A DNA stretch of 64,000 bases from a virus. Taxonomy: Duplodnaviria; Caudoviricetes. Positions 56,897 to 64,000 of this stretch are shown here, piece by piece (positions within the stretch are counted from its first letter, which is position 1; the number at the start of each line of letters is the position of its first letter). The stretch spans positions 84,552 to 148,551 of the IMG/VR virus record IMGVR_UViG_3300028805_000056; one strand, 5' to 3'. A program made the translations under genes and the position numbers. The notes beneath the pieces were generated by a model that was not told the DNA's origin, did no database searches, and worked only from the letters and a program-made list of their open reading frames with translations.

Positions 56897-57562
56897 TTAA
56901 TTTTCATCTATATTATTTTTTTTACGATATAACCATATATTCCAATATTCCCCAATCCGCTTGGCCAATCTCGTATATAATGTGAAATCATAATTGAACG
57001 GCTCCTTGTCCAAATGCAGATTGTAATTCAAAAATTCCTTTGAATTCATTAAAACATTTTCATCATTAGAATCAACGTTTATGTTCTCGTTCATATCATC
57101 AGTCAATGACGAATCCAACACCAATATGTATTTGAATGACATCTTACTGATGATATTGTCCAATATTTCCTTTATCTTCTCATTGTCCAAATGCTGAAGC
57201 ACCTCCTTGAATATTATGAGATCAACCGCAGGAAAATTGTATGACTCGTCATTTAAAATGAACTGATGCCTCTCATCACCATACTTCCCCTGATTATAAT
57301 CAATTAGTTCCTTGACAACATCCGTACCATAATACATATCAACGTCTATTTTAGAACCAATGTTGAAATCACCACAGCCAAAATCCAATACGGACTTGAT
57401 ATTCCTGTCCTTTATGAAACCATTGATAAAATCAATTGACCTCCTTACACAACCATATTCATGAGAACCGTAACCCGAATAAAACTTGAAATCCCCATCA
57501 CCGCCCCAACAATTATCTCTGTAAATTTTAGTGAACATTTCAGTATACTTTTTTTCGCCCAT
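56897..57562 (-). CDS. class I SAM-dependent methyltransferase
   Basis: F.KIY..N.WG, SG.GS, VLDFGCGD, EVLQHL. Confidence 0.85.
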   Translation of the reverse strand: MGEKKYTEMFTKIYRDNCWGGDGDFKFYSGYGSHEYGCVRRSIDFINGFIKDRNIKSVLDFGCGDFNIGSKIDVDMYYGTDVVKELIDYNQGKYGDERHQFILNDESYNFPAVDLIIFKEVLQHLDNEKIKEILDNIISKMSFKYILVLDSSLTDDMNENINVDSNDENVLMNSKEFLNYNLHLDKEPFNYDFTLYTRLAKRIGEYWNIWLYRKKNNIDEN

Positions 57563-57882
57563 AATAAAAACATCTTTTATTAAAAAATACTCCTAACTAT
57601 AGAAAAATCAATATTTAAACCATCTTTTTTTATGAAAAATATATTGCATAAAAATGCATATTGACCGGGTAAGGTAAATGATGTATTTTTTTATTGAAAG
57701 TCCCTATCTCATTAATAATTAAATACATACACTAATTATCTGAAACACAGTGAGTTATCTCTTATGTCCTCATTTTCAGTTTTTTACAACGAAAATGGGT
57801 CATTTTTTAACATTTTTTAGGAATTTAAAGATACACCATACCCAAAACATTTTATATATTTGTAATAAAGGAAAATGATAAT

Positions 57883-58353
57883 ATGAAAACTTGGTGGAGA
57901 GACAGAAAATACTTCAAATTTCCGGGTGTCACTTTTTACTTTGTGAAGAATTATGTTCCGTTTGTATATCACAAGTGGAATGAGGGCAAGGATATCTTAA
58001 GCAGGATAATCTTCATACAGTATGTTCCGCTTCAATGGAAGATCAAGAACGAGTTAAACTGTTTCGAACAGGAACCGTTCATTGACATTGAACTATTCAG
58101 GCGATGGCATTTCGGTGTTAGGTTCAGTAATGGGAAGTACAATTTGGATGCATATTGGGAGGCGATATTGGAACATCTGTATGACGGAAAGTCATTGAGC
58201 GATAGTGTTTCGGACAACTCATGGAAAAGAACAAACGGTGAAATTGAGAATGCATATACGCAGCGTATGCTGACGTTAAGGGGAATGATGGTATACGAAA
58301 ACGAAATATTATATGAAAATCACAAAAGACAACTACAAGGAAATTGTTCCTGA
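57883..58353 (+). CDS. hypothetical protein
   Basis: 156-aa ORF after TATATTTG at 57855. Confidence 0.7.
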   Translation: MKTWWRDRKYFKFPGVTFYFVKNYVPFVYHKWNEGKDILSRIIFIQYVPLQWKIKNELNCFEQEPFIDIELFRRWHFGVRFSNGKYNLDAYWEAILEHLYDGKSLSDSVSDNSWKRTNGEIENAYTQRMLTLRGMMVYENEILYENHKRQLQGNCS

Positions 58354-58639
58354 GAAAGATCAAAGACTGATTGCGGCTCTGTTGGTTGACATCGGGGATA
58401 TCAATGAGAAACTGGATGGGGATGTTGAATTGCACATTAGTATACAGGATTGGCACAACGAATACTCCTGTGAGCGCACAGATCCCTGCCCCGATTATTA
58501 CGGGTATTATACAATATGCACAACGAATGGCGATACTATCGGTGATGAAATGGACATTGAGACACTTGACAACGCAATGTTCATCATAAGTGATTTTTTG
58601 GATTATGTTATAAAATTAAAAAAAAAGGATAAAAAATGA
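58313..58639 (+). CDS. hypothetical protein
   Basis: 108-aa ORF. Confidence 0.7.
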   Translation: MKITKDNYKEIVPEKDQRLIAALLVDIGDINEKLDGDVELHISIQDWHNEYSCERTDPCPDYYGYYTICTTNGDTIGDEMDIETLDNAMFIISDFLDYVIKLKKKDKK

Positions 58640-59379
58640 TTGACAGAAAAGAAATTTTGAAAAAGGCATATCATGACTGCATGTGCGAAATGTATGCAAA
58701 GGCCCAACCCGCAGCAGATTGGGATAATCTTGTCGAAGAATACAGACAGGGTAAGATTGGAAAAGACGAACGTATCTACGAAAGACATTATCTGTCACAG
58801 TATGAATTCAAGTATATCTTAGAGAAATACAAGAGGGCATATAATATCAAGGAACATTGGAACTCGGATATTGAGGTGGTTGAAGACTACCTGAAAAACG
58901 GTGGTCATAAGAATGCGTGGGTAGAAGAGGAAACGGACAGTGATGGCTTTACCCATCCCGGATACCGTTCATACAAGGAAGTCCCCCCAATTAAGGAACA
59001 GATATCAAATAAACTTAATGGCTATCTAATCGGTTCGGACCGTGATAATATGTCACAGGAAATAACCGATATTGTAATGAATGCTATTTCTGACTGTAAG
59101 ACATACTATAAATTCGATTATGAAGAAAACGGATTTAGTTGTGATGTTTGTCTCGGTGCCTCGCCAACCTCAAACCCCGAAACAGTCAAGAAGTGGTGGA
59201 AGGAGAACTATGACCAAGACATTGAAATCGAGGAACGTAACCCGATTCTATTTTGGTATATGGACAATGACTATACTGACGAGGAACTTGAAGAAGAGTT
59301 TGACCGTGAGGATTGGAGAGAGTATGTTGATGAGGAGTGGAAGAAAATGACACCGGAAGAAAAACATAACTATTTTTAA
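58636..59379 (+). CDS. hypothetical protein
   Basis: 247-aa ORF. Confidence 0.8.
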   Translation: MIDRKEILKKAYHDCMCEMYAKAQPAADWDNLVEEYRQGKIGKDERIYERHYLSQYEFKYILEKYKRAYNIKEHWNSDIEVVEDYLKNGGHKNAWVEEETDSDGFTHPGYRSYKEVPPIKEQISNKLNGYLIGSDRDNMSQEITDIVMNAISDCKTYYKFDYEENGFSCDVCLGASPTSNPETVKKWWKENYDQDIEIEERNPILFWYMDNDYTDEELEEEFDREDWREYVDEEWKKMTPEEKHNYF

Positions 59380-59382
59380 ACT

Positions 59383-59601
59383 ATGGGAAATAAAAAATAT
59401 TTTGCTTGGTGCCTGTTTGGTATAACACTCGCCATAGGATGTTTCTTTCTTGCAGCATGGGGCATAATGGCCCTATGGAATTGGATTGCACCATTGTTTT
59501 GGAAGGCAGCGCCAATACTAACATTTTGGCAGACAGTGGGGGTAATAATGTTGTTGCACATTGTGTTTAACCTCATAATTTTCAGGAATGTAAAAAAATA
59601 A
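59383..59601 (+). CDS. small membrane protein
   Basis: LWNWIAP.....LTFWQ..G two-TM pattern. Confidence 0.7.
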   Translation: MGNKKYFAWCLFGITLAIGCFFLAAWGIMALWNWIAPLFWKAAPILTFWQTVGVIMLLHIVFNLIIFRNVKK

Positions 59602-59620
59602 AATTTGTATATTTGGGTAT

Positions 59621-60547
59621 ATGAAAGTAATAATTGATACAAAAACAGGTGAAGTAAAAGTAAATGGTAAATCTCTTAAAGATGCACCTGAACATTACAA
59701 GACTATCGCTGAGTTCTCATTGAGGTTGGCATACCAAGACAATTTTCCAATGACCGATTATGAGGAAGATTGTTTGTGGATGTCTTATCGCTATTGTATA
59801 GGGAGACACACAATCGCTTCTCACATGCATGCTAATGATATATGGAGAAACTGTAGGGGGCGTATGCCAAAGGACCGTGAATTATTTACCGCTTATGATA
59901 TTAACCGTGAAATTGAAGATTGTATGAGATTCGGTTCCGGACCACAGTGGAGATTTCCAAACACTCCTTTAAATGTAATATACAAACCCGCAATTGACTT
60001 ATTCTGTGAATTTCTTGAAGAATATGAAATTAAGTCAAAGGAAGACTATCTGAAATATTATAGTATAGATGTCATTCTTACCGACAATGAACGCGGGTAT
60101 AAGTTTGAAACAACTACATGGGATGAAGAAATAACATCAATGATTCCTGTGTTTAAAGAATTATATTATATCGAAGCCATTGAAGATATTGTTAAGTTAA
60201 TTAAAGAATTACGTCAAAAAAGCACTGATGATGTAGACTCAAGACTTCGTTGGATTGTTAGAAACTATCCAAATCCCGAATATTTCTATTTAGACAATAT
60301 AGAGGATTTGTTTGTTTGGAATGACCTTGTACATTGTTTTGATCACGAGCATCATCATAAATCCATTCTTACTGACGGAACGGAATGCGAATGGTTTTGG
60401 TCTTGGAGACACAAGTACGAAGAGGGAAAAGATGGATATCTTTACAGAACATTTGGCTATGAGAAAATCAGGGTTCCTGTATACGAATGGAACGGAAGTA
60501 TATCTACATGGATTCCCGATGAATCAATAAAGGAGGATTTATATTAA
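59621..60547 (+). CDS. hypothetical protein
   Basis: 308-aa ORF with SYRYCIGRHT motif. Confidence 0.8.
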   Translation: MKVIIDTKTGEVKVNGKSLKDAPEHYKTIAEFSLRLAYQDNFPMTDYEEDCLWMSYRYCIGRHTIASHMHANDIWRNCRGRMPKDRELFTAYDINREIEDCMRFGSGPQWRFPNTPLNVIYKPAIDLFCEFLEEYEIKSKEDYLKYYSIDVILTDNERGYKFETTTWDEEITSMIPVFKELYYIEAIEDIVKLIKELRQKSTDDVDSRLRWIVRNYPNPEYFYLDNIEDLFVWNDLVHCFDHEHHHKSILTDGTECEWFWSWRHKYEEGKDGYLYRTFGYEKIRVPVYEWNGSISTWIPDESIKEDLY

Positions 60548-60552
60548 AAAAA

Positions 60553-60750
60553 ATGAATAGGAAAAATAACTGTGTATTTGCCACCATCGTATTGAAAATG
60601 TCAAAGGCGGGAATACATGCTATTTGTAATGACATTGGTGAGGATGTGTTTTGTATCGGTGGAGATATAAAACCTCTTATTGAATTGATAAACAAGGCTG
60701 AAATTGAATGTGGTGCAATAAATAACAGAACAAAAACAAACAACCAATAA
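60553..60750 (+). CDS. hypothetical protein
   Basis: 65-aa ORF. Confidence 0.5.
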   Translation: MNRKNNCVFATIVLKMSKAGIHAICNDIGEDVFCIGGDIKPLIELINKAEIECGAINNRTKTNNQ

Positions 60751-60751
60751 T

Positions 60752-60916
60752 ATGGCAAAATCATTTTGTAGTAGATGTAAACATTGGCAGAAATGCCCAT
60801 TAGGACCATTCTCAAAAGAATATTTTATGTATTGCGATAAGATTAACAAATATGATTTGAAAGAACGCAAAGAGATGTGTGATGGAAAATACTATGAAAG
60901 CGTAGAGGCTCAATAA
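60752..60916 (+). CDS. small Cys-rich protein (54 aa)
   Basis: MAKSFCSRCKHW... Confidence 0.5.
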   Translation: MAKSFCSRCKHWQKCPLGPFSKEYFMYCDKINKYDLKERKEMCDGKYYESVEAQ

Positions 60917-60941
60917 AGAAAAAAACAAACAATAATAAAAT

Positions 60942-61211
60942 ATGACAAAGGCAGACAAGGGCGCGGTGGAATACCGTAAGAATATAGAAAAACAATTGAG
61001 CAATAGAAACATATCACTGCTCATTGAGACCGAGTGTGCATATATTGCGGGATTTAAGGATGCGGCAGACCTCATATGCAAATGGCTTGAGGAAAACATA
61101 GAAAATGAAACATGCGTGCTGTGTAGCGGCGTATGTAACATAAATTTCAATAACGTCTTCGATAAACTAAAGAAATACGTATTTTCGGAGGAAACAGAGG
61201 AAAAGATTTAG
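60942..61211 (+). CDS. hypothetical protein (family F-like)
   Basis: AYIAGF, ICKWLEENI. Confidence 0.65.
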   Translation: MTKADKGAVEYRKNIEKQLSNRNISLLIETECAYIAGFKDAADLICKWLEENIENETCVLCSGVCNINFNNVFDKLKKYVFSEETEEKI

Positions 61212-61240
61212 GTAAAGAAAAAAAAAGAAAACAATTTGCT

Positions 61241-61735
61241 ATGAGAATAAAAAGAATAACACTATCAACAAGACTTTTAGATTTATATGGTAGAGACAAC
61301 TATCATTTACATATAGAAGAGGGACGTGAATATTGGTATTATTTTTCCGGAGAAAATAAAATATCTGAAAAATATGGTAGTGGGTGGTATAAACTTAAAG
61401 TGACCTATATTCGTAGCGGATGTATGTTTTTTATATTTCCTGATTATCCAGACATGGAAGAAGACTTTTGTGCCATACGTTGTTTTATGGCATCTGTGTT
61501 TGAATTTGCTGAAATTGATCCAATTAAAGATATAATCAAGGATGACGAAGATAATGGTTATATTAAAAAATATCGTTTCGATGACACAAGAACCGTTGTG
61601 AAGAATTGGGATAACAGTGAATACTTGGAAATAAATGAGAATGAACTGTGTGAGTCTGAAAAAATATTTTTTGATTTATATAATTTGTACGACGATGAAA
61701 AGGAAAATAGTGAAAGTGACACACAAGAACGGTGA
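61241..61735 (+). CDS. hypothetical protein
   Basis: 164-aa ORF. Confidence 0.7.
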   Translation: MRIKRITLSTRLLDLYGRDNYHLHIEEGREYWYYFSGENKISEKYGSGWYKLKVTYIRSGCMFFIFPDYPDMEEDFCAIRCFMASVFEFAEIDPIKDIIKDDEDNGYIKKYRFDDTRTVVKNWDNSEYLEINENELCESEKIFFDLYNLYDDEKENSESDTQER

Positions 61736-61946
61736 AGTTGACTACACAATCAAGAAACAGATCTTCCCGTTCATTTGGATTACTGATAGTTATGACTATT
61801 GGTATGGTCCCGGTATTTGTCAAGTAATGCTTAGAGGAATGACACTGAATGCTGCTGAAGATTATATGAGGAATTTGTGTAAAAATGAACAGGAAGCAGA
61901 AGGTGAAAAAGTAATCTACAAAGAAGACTATAAGACATATGAGTAA
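61695..61946 (+). CDS. hypothetical protein
   Basis: MKRKIVKVTHKNG... Confidence 0.6.
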   Translation: MKRKIVKVTHKNGEVDYTIKKQIFPFIWITDSYDYWYGPGICQVMLRGMTLNAAEDYMRNLCKNEQEAEGEKVIYKEDYKTYE

Positions 61947-61959
61947 TAAAGGATAAAAT

Positions 61960-62154
61960 ATGGAAATGGAAGATGGAGAAATTCGTAAAATAGACGAATA
62001 TAGTTTTAATTTAGGCAAAGAAGAAATGCTTGACAAGGTTTGCGAATGGCTTGAAGATAATATATATGATTATTTGTATATCAATAGAGATTTCAATGAG
62101 GCAGATTATAAATATGGTTTTATAGAAGATTTAAGAAAAACAATGGAACAATGA
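61960..62154 (+). CDS. paralog family F protein
   Basis: MLDKVCEWL...IEDLRKTMEQ. Confidence 0.75.
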   Translation: MEMEDGEIRKIDEYSFNLGKEEMLDKVCEWLEDNIYDYLYINRDFNEADYKYGFIEDLRKTMEQ

Positions 62155-62378
62155 AGAGATTGGCATTTTTTATAACAATTTTGTTTGTTTTATCTTCTTG
62201 TACGTATACTATTTTTGATATTGGTATTGTTAAGGAGGTCAAAATTGAAGATAATTCAAAGTTTAAGTATATGATAACCGTTGATATTTCATGTTATTCG
62301 GATGTAACGGTTCAGGTTCTAACAAATACATTGTACAACCCTGGTGATACAATTAAATTTTATAAAGTGGGAAAATGA
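62151..62378 (+). CDS. putative lipoprotein
   Basis: MKRLAFFITILFVLSSC lipobox. Confidence 0.65.
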   Translation: MKRLAFFITILFVLSSCTYTIFDIGIVKEVKIEDNSKFKYMITVDISCYSDVTVQVLTNTLYNPGDTIKFYKVGK

Positions 62379-62662
62379 GTAATGAAGATTGGAAAAAAGC
62401 AGAGGAATTAACATATTCAATATTGGATTCTATTGATTTAGTACCATATATAAAGAAACATAATAACGAAAATATATATGGTTTGATTGATGAATTGGAA
62501 AATGAATATGATAATTCTGATCAAACAGATAATGAGTTAATGCAAGGTTGCCTTTTCAATGTGATTGGTCCCGAAGAGTTTATTGATTATCTTGAAAAGA
62601 GGTATGAAGGCAAGTTTACAACATATGAAGTAATTAAAAGAAATATTATTTTTAAAGAATGA
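62375..62662 (+). CDS. hypothetical protein
   Basis: ATGA-coupled ORF. Confidence 0.65.
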   Translation: MSNEDWKKAEELTYSILDSIDLVPYIKKHNNENIYGLIDELENEYDNSDQTDNELMQGCLFNVIGPEEFIDYLEKRYEGKFTTYEVIKRNIIFKE

Positions 62663-63030
62663 AAACATTAGGCGAACTTAAGGTTGGTGATACCTTTTAC
62701 ATAATCAATTGGTATGACGATAATATTGACAATAATATTATTGACTCGATTGAAAAACATGTTGTATCCAGCATCAATGAGATTAGTTATGGTAAATGCG
62801 TTAAATGGCTTGATGAATATGGGAAAATGCGTGGAACCACGGTTATTCATGGGGAATGTGGTTTATCTATATGTACTTCGTCATATCTAACATCTATATG
62901 TTCTGACAAAGAAGTTGCTAAAAATACCATTAAACAAAGCCTTAAGAAATATAAGGAAACATGCGATAAAAATTTGGAGGTATTGGATGAAGACGAATCT
63001 GTAGGAGAAATTATTAAAGTGGAGGAATAA
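62659..63030 (+). CDS. hypothetical protein
   Basis: ELKVGDTFY start, ATGA-coupled. Confidence 0.65.
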   Translation: MKTLGELKVGDTFYIINWYDDNIDNNIIDSIEKHVVSSINEISYGKCVKWLDEYGKMRGTTVIHGECGLSICTSSYLTSICSDKEVAKNTIKQSLKKYKETCDKNLEVLDEDESVGEIIKVEE

Positions 63031-63033
63031 GTT

Positions 63034-63456
63034 ATGAAGTACAATAAGAACATAAAAAATGAATTGAAATACCCATCAGACATGGACGAACAATGTATTG
63101 ACCTATATTATTTGCTCAATAGTCTTCCCGATACCGAGACTTTCGAATCTTGTTGCGGACATGAAAAAGAAGTTTATATGATGTTTTTCAGGTGTTATAG
63201 TATTGACGTATTAACAAGACTTGGCAGGGCTGTTGACAAGAACTATTCAGATGGCAATTGGGAAATTGTTGTAGACAGTACCGATGTTTCCCCTTATGGC
63301 TGTTTTTGGCTACGCACAAAAACCGTTCTTAAGAAGAATGAACTTGATGACAGCCTTAAACAACTGATTGAAAACATTGAATATTGGTTCGGCGATGAAT
63401 TTGATTGCCATTTTAAGAAATCAAATAATGAAACAGGTAAAGGAAGAAAATGTTGA
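63034..63456 (+). CDS. hypothetical protein with T..SC.GH motif
   Basis: LN.LP..ETFESCCGH. Confidence 0.7.
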   Translation: MKYNKNIKNELKYPSDMDEQCIDLYYLLNSLPDTETFESCCGHEKEVYMMFFRCYSIDVLTRLGRAVDKNYSDGNWEIVVDSTDVSPYGCFWLRTKTVLKKNELDDSLKQLIENIEYWFGDEFDCHFKKSNNETGKGRKC

Positions 63457-63461
63457 ATAAC

Positions 63462-63506
63462 AAGGTCATAACGTAAAAACAGAAACAAACGTTATGACCT
63501 TTTTTT
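63462..63506 (+). terminator. intrinsic terminator
   Basis: AAGGTCATAACGT/ACGTTATGACCTT stem plus T-run. Confidence 0.8.
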
Positions 63507-63552
63507 ATGCCATTTATGTATTTATTGTATATACAATAAATCGATTTAAGGT

Positions 63553-63939
63553 ATGAAGATAAGACTAAATGAAGATTCCCTCAGGAAAATCATCAGGGAA
63601 ACAATAAAAAACATATTTGAAAATAGCGGGGGATATGACGACCAATGGGTAATCTACAACTATGCTAAGAAATTACTGATGAACATGGGATATGAAATGT
63701 GGAGAGAGGAAGATAACCCATACGTAATTACTGTAAGGATAAAAGACCGCAGTGACATCAATAGAATTGACACCATCCTCAGAAGGGAACTCGGTGTCAA
63801 AGACTATAACGATATGTCAGTAAGACACGACAGCAACATGTTCGGTGGGGATGAAAGAGCACAAATATTACTCCCAGCTATAACACATACAGGATTTTGG
63901 GACTATGATACCAATTCTCCAAAAAACATGATTCCATAA
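63553..63939 (+). CDS. hypothetical protein with N-terminal propeptide-like motif
   Basis: MKIRLNEDSLRKIIRETIKNIFE; TATTTAT at 63519. Confidence 0.75.
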   Translation: MKIRLNEDSLRKIIRETIKNIFENSGGYDDQWVIYNYAKKLLMNMGYEMWREEDNPYVITVRIKDRSDINRIDTILRRELGVKDYNDMSVRHDSNMFGGDERAQILLPAITHTGFWDYDTNSPKNMIP

Positions 63940-64000
63940 AAACCACTGAAAAAGATAACAGAATAAAAAAATAAAAATAAATTGAAAAAAAAAAAAAAAA

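Noticed and set aside
1-64000. TAG-to-Gln recoding as in Lak megaphages
   Set aside because: Long conserved genes (dnaK, glf, GH2) are uninterrupted in code 11, and TAG appears at natural C-termini (11188, 29397).
5230-64000. Poly-A tracts (5230, 12227, 43030, 61217 and window end) as phase-variation switches
   Set aside because: They sit in A-rich leaders typical of Bacteroidota translation initiation; no evidence of length variation.
1-64000. tRNA or rRNA genes
   Set aside because: No cloverleaf with T-loop and CCA pattern recognised in the short intergenic gaps; tRNAscan-SE would be decisive.

Overview
Gene-dense, AT-rich segment that reads as part of a large (jumbo-type) phage of a Bacteroidota host, probably Prevotella-like. 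This is inferred from the canonical TTTG-N19/20-TAnnTTTG promoters, mostly SD-less A-rich leaders, host-like auxiliary genes (dnaK, IMPDH/GMPR, glf) and dozens of small orphan ORFs; no capsid, terminase or polymerase gene lies in the window. The standard code reads through cleanly. The left half (1.9-32 kb) holds enzymes: a PRTase, two metallophosphoesterases, a 1704-aa multidomain GH2 protein, two restriction-modification-like pairs plus a solitary MTase, DnaK, an AAA+ ATPase, a galactofuranose cluster (GT + DUF4422 + glf), a GH73 hydrolase and a DUF2828/vWA protein. From about 32 to 52.5 kb lies a mosaic array built from six paralog families whose members share short, nucleotide-conserved anchors around unrelated variable cores, joined by a recurring AAAGGAGAATAA-N1-4-ATG junction and showing orphan-anchor scars: a candidate homology-driven gene-shuffling system. 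A second candidate system is virion-protein glycosylation, suggested by [S/T]-[G/A]-x-T motifs enriched in two putative late proteins together with four phage glycosyltransferases and Glf. Three promoter classes and a shared N-terminal propeptide-like motif on three putative late proteins are also visible. All family assignments come from motif recognition by eye, not from database searches.
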